The notes: generated from the letters alone by a model not told the origin. Shown: positions 48,726 to 58,926, numbered from the stretch's first letter. The stretch is DNA of 64,000 nt from an uncultured Verrucomicrobiae bacterium (GCA_963782115.1 CAWAIK010000030.1:152249-216248); one strand, 5' to 3'. Numbers and translations are program-made.

Positions 48726-49397
48726 TTGAAGCAAGCGGGCGCCTGGAATGTAATAGGCTTCAGCGGCGATGAAAAAAGAACGAATCCTCTCGCTCTCGAT
48801 CTTCGTGCCGGCGGCTTCGAGGTTTTTCCTATCGCAAAGCTTTTCGATCTGCCATCCAACGCCTGGTATCCCTCCATCCTTATACGTGAAAACTTGTTGG
48901 CGGAGCCGTTCGCTGCTTGGGCAGCCAATGTTTTTTACACACTTAGCGGTGTGCAGGTACTTCAGTGGAGCGATGCCGCCTTTTTCTATGCACCCACCGA
49001 TAATTGGCTACGGCCTGATCACTTTGCGCAGAGGCTCGAAGTTGAACGCCTTGGGGCTCCCTATCGAATGATCTGGACCCGAGACGAAGGTTGCTTAGAT
49101 CGCCCGATCATCACCCCAAAGAATCGGCGTTCCAAACACGTCAGTGCGATCATATTGCCGATTCCGCGCTCACGTCTTCATTTCGTAATCGGTTCTGTGC
49201 TCGGGTCTGCTCTACACAAAAGAGTACCGCGTCCAAAACAGTATACGTGCGGGCGATGGAACTCGGGCGATCCTGAAAGCGTTAGCAGCCTGAGCCGTCG
49301 TCGTACGCTCATCGGTGAACGCCGACGCGACTTTCAGGTCGCCGAGAATAGACGATCCCGCCTTTCGCCCGCGAAGAAGTCAGGGCTTCGTCGTTAA
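48726..49397 (+). CDS. hypothetical ORF of doubtful integrity
   Basis: 223 aa. The N-terminal 120 aa look protein-like, while the C-terminal third is Arg-rich and low complexity, suggesting read-through after a frameshift. No domain recognised. Confidence 0.3.
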   Translation: MKQAGAWNVIGFSGDEKRTNPLALDLRAGGFEVFPIAKLFDLPSNAWYPSILIRENLLAEPFAAWAANVFYTLSGVQVLQWSDAAFFYAPTDNWLRPDHFAQRLEVERLGAPYRMIWTRDEGCLDRPIITPKNRRSKHVSAIILPIPRSRLHFVIGSVLGSALHKRVPRPKQYTCGRWNSGDPESVSSLSRRRTLIGERRRDFQVAENRRSRLSPAKKSGLRR

Positions 49398-50808
49398 CAT
49401 CTTAAGATCGATCGAGTCCGCCATGGCTTTATATCCGTCATCCTGCGGATGGAGATGGTCACCGGAGTCAAATTTTGCCAGGATGTGCGCAGGATGGTCT
49501 GGATCCCGCGTGGCGGCGTCGAAGTCGATCACTCCATCGAACGCGCCGCTGCTGCGAATCCATTCGTTGACGGCTTGGCGTTTCTTCTCTTTGTCCGTGT
49601 TGTAGTATCCCTCGATTGGCGTGCCCTTGAAGGTGTCCTCGAACGGCGTCAATGTGGCGCCGATGATGCGCATCCCGTGCAAATGCGCGCGCGCGATCAG
49701 TTGCTTGTAACCGTCAATGATGTCATCTGCCGATGGTGCGGCCTCGTGTGGCGCCAAGAATACTGTCAGGCCAACCGATGTCGTTGATGCCCATCATCAG
49801 GACTACGGTGTCCGCGTGTGGAACGCTCAACACGTCGCGGTCGAAACGGGCCAGCGCATTAACACCCATGCGGTCGCTTAACACCCGGTCTCCAGAAATC
49901 CCCTCATTTAACACCGCGATAGGCGCCCCACCAGCCTCGACAAGTCGCCGGGGCCAGCACGTCCGGCCAACGGTGGTTAGCGTCGGGAGTGGAATTTGCC
50001 CCATCTGTGATGGAGTCGCCGAACATCACTAACGCTCGCGCGTTCGGTGGTGCATCCACCATAATACCGCTCAAGAATAGCCGGGCCTTGATCGTTGAGT
50101 CCGCCTTCATATCTGCGTCGCCGGCGAAGTTCCCCTCGGGGGAGATATAGGCGGTCTGAACCCCTTCCCAGTGAAATGTGGTCAGCGGAGTCTGATCTGG
50201 CAGGAACAAGCTTACCGCAAGGTTACTAAACTAAGTGGTGCGACAGTGAGGTCTACCGGGTCGCTAATCACCGGTGCACCCGGCGGAATTGTGACTGAGG
50301 AGTGACCATCGAAGGTAAGGGCCCTGTCAGAGCCGGCAACGATGGCGGCGCCAGAACCTGCGACGGCGACGTGAGCTGCGCCGATCACCAGTGGCTTCGA
50401 CCCATATTCATTGGAGAGCACGACGCGCACGCGGCTGCCGCCAATGCTAATCGACGCGATCTGTCGAACCGTTTGGTTTCTCAAGGCGCGGGGGATATTT
50501 ATGGGAGCAAAGAATTCGGAATCCCAAATAGGCTGCGGGCTTGCAGTCCACGTGTCGATCCAATCGCCACTGTCAGCGCGCTGCGCATAGGCGGATGGAG
50601 CGATGGAAACGCCAGTGAGCGCGATGACGGCAGCAATTGGGAGAAAATACCGTCGGTGGCATCCGGTTATCAGCGTGCGTCCAAAAGACACGACCTGGCT
50701 CTGCTGTTTCCGCGAAACACTGATCCTCCCAAAATTTGTTTCTGGGGAGTAGCGAATAATTGCCCGTTCGCCAAAGGAAACCCTTTCCGTGATTGATCGG
50801 AGATTCAT
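49380..50808 (-). pseudogene. secreted SGNH/GDSL hydrolase, disrupted by at least 3 frameshifts
   Basis: Four consecutive minus-strand ORF pieces in different frames join into one protein. In order they carry the signal peptide plus beta-domain (50212-50808), FGDSITDG (49904-50209), NEGISGDRVL...MMGINDIGW (49723-50004), and DSGDHLHPQDDGY (49380-49757). These are SGNH blocks I, II, III and V. Confidence 0.75.
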
Positions 50809-51544
50809 AACAATGCTTTGAACTTAGATCCATTGAAATCGAGCGTAGATCATTATTTAGCAACAAAATCTGTTAGAGTAGATCCCAGGTCCGTGTCGAT
50901 TGACCTGGGCAGCCCTCGGCCAGAACACCAGCCTCCAGCCGTACGGGATCGGACGTTGCGGCGCCCTCTCGTTGCCGCTTCAGCATTAGACGATAGCCGG
51001 TTGGACCTCCGCAAAACTCCGGAGGCGAAGCGCTGGGCCACCCACGCAGATTCGGCGCGTAGTCGCCTTCGACCCCGTCCTGAATATGCAAGACGCGAAT
51101 GTCCCGCTCCCACATATCCAGGGTGTCGCAGACGTAGAGGGGTCATCGCAGAATCTGTTCCAAATCGTACGCTAAGCGGCATCGAGGAACGCGGAGCGTA
51201 TGTGTGCTGGCCTATCACCTATTGGTCTGCATTGAACGCGCCTTCCTTGACCAAGGTATCCACACCTCCTGGTCGGGGGTTCATCTCAGGACATCAGTTT
51301 GAACGGCCAGTTTAAACTACAATCCGAGTTAACCTCCAAACCATAAGTTGTGTGCTACCTTCGCCAGAATTCGTTGAGCGCCAGCCCGCTAAAGGTGCGG
51401 GTCGAAGCGCGCCCCAATCATCTCTGTAACCGCTGAACGTGACCGCCTAACATCGAGCTCGAGCGCCTTGAACCCCCCTCGGCCTTTACCGGGGCAGATG
51501 ACTTTAACTGGAACACCTTAATTTAATTCAAACACCTTTAATTT

Positions 51545-52435
51545 ATGAGTTTACCTGCAATTGGATTCGTCGGCGTGGGACGCATGGGCGCGAACATGGC
51601 GCGCCGGTTGAAAGAGGTCGGCTACCGGATTGTGGCCGTCTATGACGCGCGGCCGGAGGCGGCTGCGGGTGTGGCCGCTGAGCTCGAAGCAACCGCAGCT
51701 GAACGCGTCTCGGAGGTGAGCCGGTTGGCGGAGGTGACCTTCACGATCGTCACCGACGACGCGGCCATGCGCTCCATCTACTTCGGACCAAACAACCTGT
51801 TTGAGCATGCGAGCGGCAAGCTTTTTGTTAACTGCGCCACGGTCAGCCCCGCCGTGCACGTCGAGGTCGAAGCCGAGGGGGCGCAACGCGGCGCCCAGGT
51901 GCTCGAGGCCCCGATGGCCTCCAGCATTCCCCAGGCGCGCGAAGGCAAGCTCTACATGATGCTGGCCGGCGATCAAGGCGCTTACCGGCGGGCTGAACCC
52001 ATTCTGGAGCAACTGACCAGCGCCCGCCATTACACCGGCAAGCCCGGCAGCGCGGCCGCTCTGAAGGCTTTGATTAATATGGTGATGAACATCAACACCG
52101 CTGGCTTGGCCGAGGGCCTGGGGTTGGCCGAGGCCATCGGCCTGGACTTGAAGCTCGTCAAGGAGGTCTTCTCGCAAACCGGCGCCCATTCGCGTGTGCT
52201 CGAGACCGACGGCCAGGACATGATCGATCGCGAGCACAGCGTTTTCTTCTCGGCGGCTCACGCGGCCAAGGACAGCGGGATCGCGCTCAAGTTGGCAAAG
52301 AACGAAAGCCTTCACTTGCCCCTGTTGGAGGCTTCAAAACGCCAATTCGACCGGATGGTCGAGCTCGGGCTGGGAGAGATTGACAAGTCAGGTATCTCGG
52401 AGCTGACTTTTCGCTCGCGTCGACCTTCAAAGTAG
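51545..52435 (+). CDS. NAD(P)-dependent 3-hydroxyisobutyrate / 6-phosphogluconate dehydrogenase-like oxidoreductase
   Basis: N-terminal IGFVGVGRMGANMARRL Rossmann motif. 296 aa with a HIBADH-type layout. Confidence 0.88.
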   Translation: MSLPAIGFVGVGRMGANMARRLKEVGYRIVAVYDARPEAAAGVAAELEATAAERVSEVSRLAEVTFTIVTDDAAMRSIYFGPNNLFEHASGKLFVNCATVSPAVHVEVEAEGAQRGAQVLEAPMASSIPQAREGKLYMMLAGDQGAYRRAEPILEQLTSARHYTGKPGSAAALKALINMVMNINTAGLAEGLGLAEAIGLDLKLVKEVFSQTGAHSRVLETDGQDMIDREHSVFFSAAHAAKDSGIALKLAKNESLHLPLLEASKRQFDRMVELGLGEIDKSGISELTFRSRRPSK

Positions 52436-52566
52436 TGTGCCGCAAGGGCATTGAACTGAAACCCAACTGCGAAGCAACTTGGCATCGCCATGGCATTTGC
52501 CAAAAGCCCTTTCCAAAATGACAGGGGCGTCTCCCTCGGCGGCGTGTCGCTCTTTTTGGAAACTAA

Positions 52567-52594
52567 CTAGCTTAGCTTAGCTAAGCTAAGCTAG
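52567..52594. repeat. perfect 28-bp palindrome CTAGCTTAGCTTAGCTAAGCTAAGCTAG
   Basis: Read directly from the sequence; the reverse complement is identical. It lies in the gap between convergent 3' ends (52435 + and 52796 -). Confidence 0.95.
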
Positions 52595-52795
52595 ATTTGG
52601 CAAGCAGTGTAAGCTCACGAGAAATTAAATATTATGCGTCCGTTGAAGTATCTATTAGGTGTAGTGACCCGAGAACATGAACGGTCCTCACCGAAAAGAG
52701 CCTGCCTTCACGCCGCTAATTTTGGGAACTTGATCCCGACCGCATCCAGGAGCCACTTGAGTCGTGCAGAGATCTTTCAAGCCGCCACCGTCCTC

Positions 52796-53266
52796 CTATT
52801 GGGCGCCTGCATCAGTCAGCGGCACAATCAGCACCGGGCATCTGGCACGTTGCAAAACGCCATCGGCGACGCTGCCCAGAAAAAGATGGGAAAGCGGGCC
52901 TCGGCTATGGGATCCAAGAACGATGAGATCGACTCGCGAATTTTCTGCCTGGGACAAGATCAGCTCGGCCGGGATCCCCTGGAGTTCTACGATCGTTGAC
53001 ACTAGTCCTATCGAAGAAATCATCTCTTGAAGACGCGCGAATCTTTCCGTGTAATCGGGCGGAGCTATCGGCTCGTGGGTTTGAGGCGTAGGGACTACGT
53101 CCGGGCCGCCCCCGATACCCATGAGTGGGGGACCCGGTTCGAACACATGCACCAGGATGATTTTGCTTTGGAACGGCTTTGCCAAATGAACCGCCGATTT
53201 CACTACTTTCAGAGTGACGTCGGAAAAATCGACCGATACGAGAATTGTCTTCATGACGTTCAGCAT
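52796..53266 (-). CDS. universal stress protein (UspA family)
   Basis: MKTILVSVDFSD...VDLIVLGSHSRGPLSHLFLGSVADGVLQRARCPVLIVP. Confidence 0.88.
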   Translation of the reverse strand: MLNVMKTILVSVDFSDVTLKVVKSAVHLAKPFQSKIILVHVFEPGPPLMGIGGGPDVVPTPQTHEPIAPPDYTERFARLQEMISSIGLVSTIVELQGIPAELILSQAENSRVDLIVLGSHSRGPLSHLFLGSVADGVLQRARCPVLIVPLTDAGAQ

Positions 53267-53534
53267 CCGTGCTTGGAGTCGCGGAACGAACTTGGCTCGA
53301 GGACACTAGAAGTCAAGAACCCGCGAATTCAAAGAGCTGGAGCGGGAACAAGACGACGTGAAAAGCGGGATCGTCAAGAACAAGAAAGCGGTCGACAAAA
53401 CGTACAGGCGGAAATCGAAAGTCGCCGGCGCCTTGACCGGCATGATCACCAACAGGGGACCTGCGAATGTCATGGCCGAGAAACGCGATTACCGCTATCT
53501 TGGCGATCCTGGGCCAGCGTAGTCTAGAGGCAGA

Positions 53535-54878
53535 ATGGACGATCTTTTTGGCGCAAGCAATCCTGAAGAAACCAGCTTGGACCTGGGCGCGCCCCTTGCC
53601 GCGCGGATGCGTCCTCGTTCGCTCGACGAATATCTAGGCCAGCATCACCTCCTGGGAGCCGGTAAATTGCTTCGTCGGGCCATCGAATCGGACCGGCTGA
53701 CTTCGATTATCCTTTACGGGCCGCCCGGGAGCGGGAAAACAAGCCTGGCACAAATCATCGCCTCCACCACAAAAAGTCATTTTGAGCGGCTGAGCGGGGT
53801 GGAGAGCTCGGTTGGGGATATACGCCGGGTTGCGGCCTCCGCAGCGTTCCGGCGGCGATCAAACGGCGGACGAACGATCCTCTTTATCGATGAGATCCAC
53901 CGCTTTAACAAAGCGCAACAAGATGTCCTCCTGCCCGATGTCGAGAGCGGTAACCTGCGGTTGATTGGCGCGACCACGCATAACCCTTTCTTTTACGTTA
54001 ACAGCCCGCTCATTTCCCGTTCACAGGTCTTCCAACTTGAACCGCTTTCCCGGGAAGATCTCGTGCGGGTCATGAACTGTGCGTTAAACGATTCAGAACG
54101 CGGCTTTGGCAAGCTGAGGATCAAAGCGGATCCGGCTGCGTTGGACTTCCTGGCAGAAGTTAGTGACGGCGATGCCAGGCGCAGCTTGAATGCCTTGGAG
54201 ATTGCCGTGCTAACCACTGCTCCGGATGTGAGTGGCGTGATCCAACTGGATCGGTCCGTGGCTGAAGAGAGCATTCAGAAGAAGGCCGTCAACTACGATG
54301 CTAACGAGACCGAGCATTACGACACCATCAGCGCCTTCATTAAGAGCATGCGTGGGTCGGATCCGGACGCAGCGCTCTATTGGCTGGCAAAAATGTTGTA
54401 TGCCGGAGAGGATATTCGTTTCATAGCGCGCCGGATGGTCATCGCCGCATGTGAAGATGTCGGAATGGCAGATCCAAACGCCCTCGTGACCGCGGTCGCC
54501 GCGCAACAGGCCGTGGAATTCGTTGGATTACCCGAAGCTCAAATTCCGCTGGCGCATGCGGCCGTTTATATCGCGACCGCGCCAAAGAGCAACCGTGCCT
54601 GGGCGGGCCTCGGCAAAGCGATGGAGGATGTGAAGCAAGGCCGAATCCTGGCCGTGCCGAAATATCTGCGGGGAACCGGGTCGAAACTGCTTGGCGAAGA
54701 CGCCGGCTATAAGTACGCCCACGACTATGAGGGAGGCTACGTACCGCAGGCGTATCTGCCGGAGGGCAGAGTTTATTATGAACCGACCGAGAACGGCTTC
54801 GAGCGTCGGGTGAAGGAGCGATTGGACTACTGGCGGACATTGTTCGAGCGGGCAAAAGGCGATGCAGCAGCCGATTAA
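53535..54878 (+). CDS. rarA: replication-associated recombination protein A (AAA+ ATPase)
   Basis: LAARMRPRSLDEYLGQHHLLG, Walker A GPPGSGKTSLA, FIDEIHRFNKAQQD, and a C-terminal MgsA domain. Confidence 0.93.
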   Translation: MDDLFGASNPEETSLDLGAPLAARMRPRSLDEYLGQHHLLGAGKLLRRAIESDRLTSIILYGPPGSGKTSLAQIIASTTKSHFERLSGVESSVGDIRRVAASAAFRRRSNGGRTILFIDEIHRFNKAQQDVLLPDVESGNLRLIGATTHNPFFYVNSPLISRSQVFQLEPLSREDLVRVMNCALNDSERGFGKLRIKADPAALDFLAEVSDGDARRSLNALEIAVLTTAPDVSGVIQLDRSVAEESIQKKAVNYDANETEHYDTISAFIKSMRGSDPDAALYWLAKMLYAGEDIRFIARRMVIAACEDVGMADPNALVTAVAAQQAVEFVGLPEAQIPLAHAAVYIATAPKSNRAWAGLGKAMEDVKQGRILAVPKYLRGTGSKLLGEDAGYKYAHDYEGGYVPQAYLPEGRVYYEPTENGFERRVKERLDYWRTLFERAKGDAAAD

Positions 54879-54898
54879 GCCAAACTCCGAATTTAGGG

Positions 54899-56146
54899 CT
54901 AAATCGGCCGCGGCTCCTTCGCGCGCTGTAAAGGGGCCCTTGGCCATTCGAGCAGCACTGAGGTGAGGAGGCGGGCGCCGATCGGCAGGGCAGTCTCATC
55001 AATATCGAACGTCGCAGTATGCAGGGGCGTGATTTTGCGGCCGGCTTGCTTCACACCAAGGCCAATCATGCAGCCTGGAACAACCGGCAGATAGTCGGCA
55101 AAATCTTCAGCGCCCATGCTAGGGGCTTCATTACTCAAAACATTTTCCGGTCCGAGCAGTCCTCCCGCGACTTTGGCGAAGAGAGCCGCTATCTGGGTAT
55201 CGTTCACCATGCCCGGCAGCAAGTTTTCGAACAGGGCGGAAATCTTCGCGTCGAAAGCCTGGGCAGCCGAAGCGCAAAGGCGTTCGACAGTTTCACGCGT
55301 GTGGGTTGCAACAACGGAGTTCATTGTTCGAATGGTGCCTTTCAGCGACGCCGTGTCCGGAATAACGTTCGATGCGTGTCCGGCATTGATGACACCGATC
55401 GTGACCACCACCGGTTGACGCGCGTCTGTTTGCCGTGGAATCGCCTGGTAGATAAGCGTGATGAGATGGGCTGCGGTCGCGATCGGGTCGACCGTCGCGT
55501 GAGGTCGCGCGCCGTGACCGCCGCGGCCCGCGATCTCCATCGTAAAATCCTGACAGAACGCCGTCCGCGGCCCGGGAGTCACGACTACCTGCCCGGTAGG
55601 CAGGTTCGGGTCAACATGAAGCGCAATGATGGCGTCGACCCCGTCAAGGGCGCCCTGCTTTATCATTTCACAGGCGCCTCGTCCTGTCTCTTCGGATGGT
55701 TGAAAGATGCTTCTCCAGGCGACCGGCAACGGCCGTGAGCGATAAAGAGCAAGCGTAGTCCCGAGAAGAATCGCCGAATGCGCGTCATGACCACACGCGT
55801 GCATGACACCCGATCTGCCCGAACGGTAGGGGACATCACTTTCTTCCTTGATTGGCAGAGCATCGATATCTGCTCGCATAGCGACGACCGGCGCCCCGTT
55901 ATCGCGCGGCTCAACTATTTCCGTAATGATACCGCACTTCCCCGTTCCAAGCCGATGAGGAATTCGGGCGGAGGTAAGCTGTTTGCTCAAATAATCCGTT
56001 GTCGAAAATTCTTCGCCGCTGAGTTCGGGGTGACGATGGAGGTGACGCCGGATTTGCGCGAGCCGGGGCAGAACCCGCGTGAGTTGAGCCTGCACTCTCT
56101 CTGAAGCAGGATTCGACGGTTCGTGGTGTGACGGTAATGAGCTCAA
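54899..56146 (-). CDS. M20-family amidohydrolase (N-acyl-amino acid amidohydrolase / hippurate hydrolase-like)
   Basis: RRHLHRHPELSGEEFST, MHACGHDAH, and overall M20D resemblance. Confidence 0.9.
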   Translation of the reverse strand: MSSLPSHHEPSNPASERVQAQLTRVLPRLAQIRRHLHRHPELSGEEFSTTDYLSKQLTSARIPHRLGTGKCGIITEIVEPRDNGAPVVAMRADIDALPIKEESDVPYRSGRSGVMHACGHDAHSAILLGTTLALYRSRPLPVAWRSIFQPSEETGRGACEMIKQGALDGVDAIIALHVDPNLPTGQVVVTPGPRTAFCQDFTMEIAGRGGHGARPHATVDPIATAAHLITLIYQAIPRQTDARQPVVVTIGVINAGHASNVIPDTASLKGTIRTMNSVVATHTRETVERLCASAAQAFDAKISALFENLLPGMVNDTQIAALFAKVAGGLLGPENVLSNEAPSMGAEDFADYLPVVPGCMIGLGVKQAGRKITPLHTATFDIDETALPIGARLLTSVLLEWPRAPLQRAKEPRPI

Positions 56147-56180
56147 GGGTGTTGCATCAATAGCGCAGAGAATGCGGGTT

Positions 56181-56765
56181 TCATTGTCCTTGATATTCCG
56201 TGCTCCCGCTCACCAGCTTTTCGTCGACCCCGATAATCCGGGTGCCCTGCCCATCGTGCTCTACGACGCAAGTCAATTTGGATTTACCGGACAGGTGCTC
56301 GTCCAGATTGTCGAATTTATAAGCGTAAACAGCCGTAACCCGGTAGAGGCCTTGATGATTTGGAATCTCGAACAGGTCAACAGACTCCGCCGGGGCAAAC
56401 TTGCGCTCCGGCCATCGCCGGTAAAGTGAGGCGATTTCTTTTATTGCCTGTTCGCGTGTCCGGGAGTGCCCGTAGTAAAATACTTTTGGCGCCAAGTATT
56501 TGCCCCGAGCGGCCGGATCATTTGTTTCACCCGCGGCGATAAACGCTGCGACGACATCGACCAGTTCCGTGGCAACTGCACCTTTTTCCGGTGTCGAGAT
56601 TCGATTAGTTTGGTTGCCGTCGTGGACCGCTTCACCGTTCGCGAGATCGCTGAGGCTGGTCAGGGCTGCTGCCAATAGCAAAAAGCGAAACAATCCCGTG
56701 CCTGGAAGCGTGGCTTGCCGGTAACCGCTGCGAGGATAACTCTTTGTCAGGAGCCGGGGTTGCAT
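56181..56765 (-). CDS. secreted hypothetical protein, NTF2-like fold candidate
   Basis: The internal ATG at 56765 gives MQPRLLTKS...LFRFLLLAAALTSLSDLANG (signal-like) followed by a 150-aa alpha+beta region. The track ORF extends to 57047, but that part overlaps the sppA promoter/5' region. Confidence 0.5.
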   Translation of the reverse strand: MQPRLLTKSYPRSGYRQATLPGTGLFRFLLLAAALTSLSDLANGEAVHDGNQTNRISTPEKGAVATELVDVVAAFIAAGETNDPAARGKYLAPKVFYYGHSRTREQAIKEIASLYRRWPERKFAPAESVDLFEIPNHQGLYRVTAVYAYKFDNLDEHLSGKSKLTCVVEHDGQGTRIIGVDEKLVSGSTEYQGQ

Positions 56766-57073
56766 CTTGATCCTTGATTCTGCAGAAAAACCCATCGGAA
56801 GGCCAGACAAGTTCGGTGGTTGGAACAAACCAGGACGCCGGCAGCTAAGCGTGTCGAGAGAAATGTCTCGTGCAGCCGATTTCCCAGACCAGCCCAAACC
56901 CCAACGCAAACAGATTATTTGCCGGATTTGCGAAATAAGGCAGGCTGTTCGAGCATGCTCCGTAAGAAACTGGAAACTGGCACGGTGCCGCCGAGGGGTC
57001 AGCGCAAAAATGAGGCCCCCGGTGTTCCCGCACGGGGTCCGGATCAAAAAATGCGGTACTATTTTTTAAATAA

Positions 57074-58885
57074 ATGAAATCGTTTTTCGGATCGTTTTTC
57101 GGTGCATTTTTTGCCATCTTTTTGCTGGTCGGTATTGCCCTGGTCGGATGTATTGCGGTGATTGCGCTGATCGGCATCTCTGAAAAGGGTCCGACGGTGG
57201 CTGATAATTCCCTGTTGGTTCTTGACATTGCCGTACCGATCATGGACGCGCCGCCCGAGCTTAACCCGGCCCAGCTGTTCGCGGGGTTGAACGAAGAACA
57301 ACAGGAGTCGCCAGTCACCCTGCGCGACGTTCTGCGAGCGGTCAATCGTGCGGCGACCGATCCGAAGATCAAAGGCGTATTCATCACCGGGAATTTACTG
57401 CCGGTGGCTGCTTATGCCTCGAGTTATCCCGCGCTGAAAGAAATTCGTGAGGCGCTCGCAAAATTTAAGGAATCCCACAAACCGGTATATGCCTATCTAC
57501 AATTTCCGTTTACGCCCGCTTACTACCTCGAGTCGGTGGCGGATCAGCTCTTTGTCGATCCGCAGGCCGAGTTTATTCTGCGCGGACCTTCCAGTTTACC
57601 GCTTTATTACGCCGGGGCCATGAAGAAGTTCGGCATCGGCGTCCAGGTTTTTCGCGTAGGGAAATACAAGTCGTTCGTCGAACCCTTTATTCGCGAGAAT
57701 ATGAGTCCGGAAAACCGGGAGCAGCTCGAAAAACTGTTTGGCGATGTCTGGAGTGAAGTGACAACGACGATAGAACAGGCGCGCGGTCTTCCCCGGGGAT
57801 CGTTCGAACAGCTCATCAACGAAAACGGCTTGATCGATGGAGAGCTGGCGGTAAAGAGCAAGTTGGGTACCGAACTGGTTTCCTTGTCGGAAGTGATGGA
57901 TCGCCTGAAGAAACAGTACGGGTCAGATCAACAGCACCAAACATTCCGCCAAGTGACAATTACCTCTTATTTGAGCGCCCTTGAGCGAAATCCCAGCGGT
58001 CAGGCTGATTCGGCATCAAAAATTGCCGTCGTCTACGCTGAAGGGGAGATTGTCGATGGGGAAGGAACCCCAGGCAACGTAGGCGGCGAACGGTATGCGC
58101 GCGAGATTCGAAAGTTTCGCCTCGATCCAAGTGTGAAAGCGATTGTCCTTCGCGTCAACAGCCCGGGCGGAAGCGGTTTTGCCTCCGAAGAGATCTACCG
58201 CGAGTTGAAGGCCGCGGAGCAGACAAAACCTCTGGTCGTGTCGATGGGGGGCTATGCGGCCTCTGGCGGCTATTACATTTCTGCCGCATCGAAACATATC
58301 TTTGCCGAGCCGACTACGATCACAGGCAGCATCGGGGTGTTCGGGTTGGAGGTGAATTTTGAAAAGATTGCCGCCGACAATGGAATCACCACCGACTCCG
58401 TAACTACCACCAACCCATTGGCGACGCTGTTTAATCCACTCAAGCAAAAGTCGGACGCGGACCTGGCAATCTTGCAGAAGGCTGTCGACAAGTTCTACGC
58501 CCAGTTTCTGGATCGAGTTTCGGGGGGGCGGCAGATCGCCGTCGCGCAAGTGAACGAAATCGCCCAGGGCCGGGTTTGGTCGGGTAGCGAGGCGGTACGG
58601 CTCAAATTGGCGGACGAGATTGGTGGATTGAATTCTGCCATAGCCTACGCAGCAAATCTTGCGCATCTAGGCGATCAGCCGCGAATCACGGAGTTCCCAG
58701 GACGAAAAGGTCTCAGCGAAAAACTCAAGGAGCTATTCAAATCGACTCCCAGACCGCCTGTGGCCAGGTTCGATCCCGTTGGCCTGAGCGTGCAAGAATT
58801 GCAGAACGGGCTGAAAGATTTGCGAGCGTTGAACGATCCCGAAGGGGTTTACGCAAGGTTCCCAACCGATATTCGGTGGAACTGA
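57074..58885 (+). CDS. sppA: signal peptide peptidase SppA, 67K type (two S49 domains)
   Basis: 603 aa with an N-terminal TM, duplicated ClpP/crotonase-like S49 domains, and VVSMGGYAASGGYYIS with a serine-nucleophile context. Confidence 0.9.
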   Translation: MKSFFGSFFGAFFAIFLLVGIALVGCIAVIALIGISEKGPTVADNSLLVLDIAVPIMDAPPELNPAQLFAGLNEEQQESPVTLRDVLRAVNRAATDPKIKGVFITGNLLPVAAYASSYPALKEIREALAKFKESHKPVYAYLQFPFTPAYYLESVADQLFVDPQAEFILRGPSSLPLYYAGAMKKFGIGVQVFRVGKYKSFVEPFIRENMSPENREQLEKLFGDVWSEVTTTIEQARGLPRGSFEQLINENGLIDGELAVKSKLGTELVSLSEVMDRLKKQYGSDQQHQTFRQVTITSYLSALERNPSGQADSASKIAVVYAEGEIVDGEGTPGNVGGERYAREIRKFRLDPSVKAIVLRVNSPGGSGFASEEIYRELKAAEQTKPLVVSMGGYAASGGYYISAASKHIFAEPTTITGSIGVFGLEVNFEKIAADNGITTDSVTTTNPLATLFNPLKQKSDADLAILQKAVDKFYAQFLDRVSGGRQIAVAQVNEIAQGRVWSGSEAVRLKLADEIGGLNSAIAYAANLAHLGDQPRITEFPGRKGLSEKLKELFKSTPRPPVARFDPVGLSVQELQNGLKDLRALNDPEGVYARFPTDIRWN

Positions 58886-58926
58886 TACTTTGGCGCGAAA
58901 ACCTCACGGGCGCTTTGTCCGGCAAG

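Noticed and set aside
50809-51544. Overlapping short minus-strand ORFs (e.g. 50853-51218, 50873-51115) that might be another broken gene
   Set aside because: I could not assemble the pieces into any recognisable family. The region is left unannotated as part of the decayed island.
51551-52315. 254-aa minus-strand ORF
   Set aside because: It is antisense to the HIBADH-like dehydrogenase in a GC-rich stretch. Shadow ORF.
52479-52503. TTGGCATCGCCATGGCATTTGCCAA, an inverted repeat that also loosely resembles a sigma-54 -24/-12 element (TGGCAT-N5-TGGC)
   Set aside because: It mismatches the consensus TTGC -12 box. No credible downstream gene exists on either strand, because it lies between convergent 3' ends. 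Not called as a promoter.
53298-53306. GGACACTAG 9-mer identical to the MITE-like terminus plus CTAG
   Set aside because: A 9-mer match is expected by chance about once in two strands of 64 kb. The flanking bases do not extend the similarity.
53290-53530. Possible coiled-coil fragment (EFKELEREQDDVKSGIVKNKKAVDKTYRRKSKVAGALTGMITNRGPANVMAEKRDYRYLGDPGPA) upstream of rarA
   Set aside because: The frame has no start codon before an upstream in-frame stop and only an internal Met. It is too short and unsupported to call as a gene or pseudogene.
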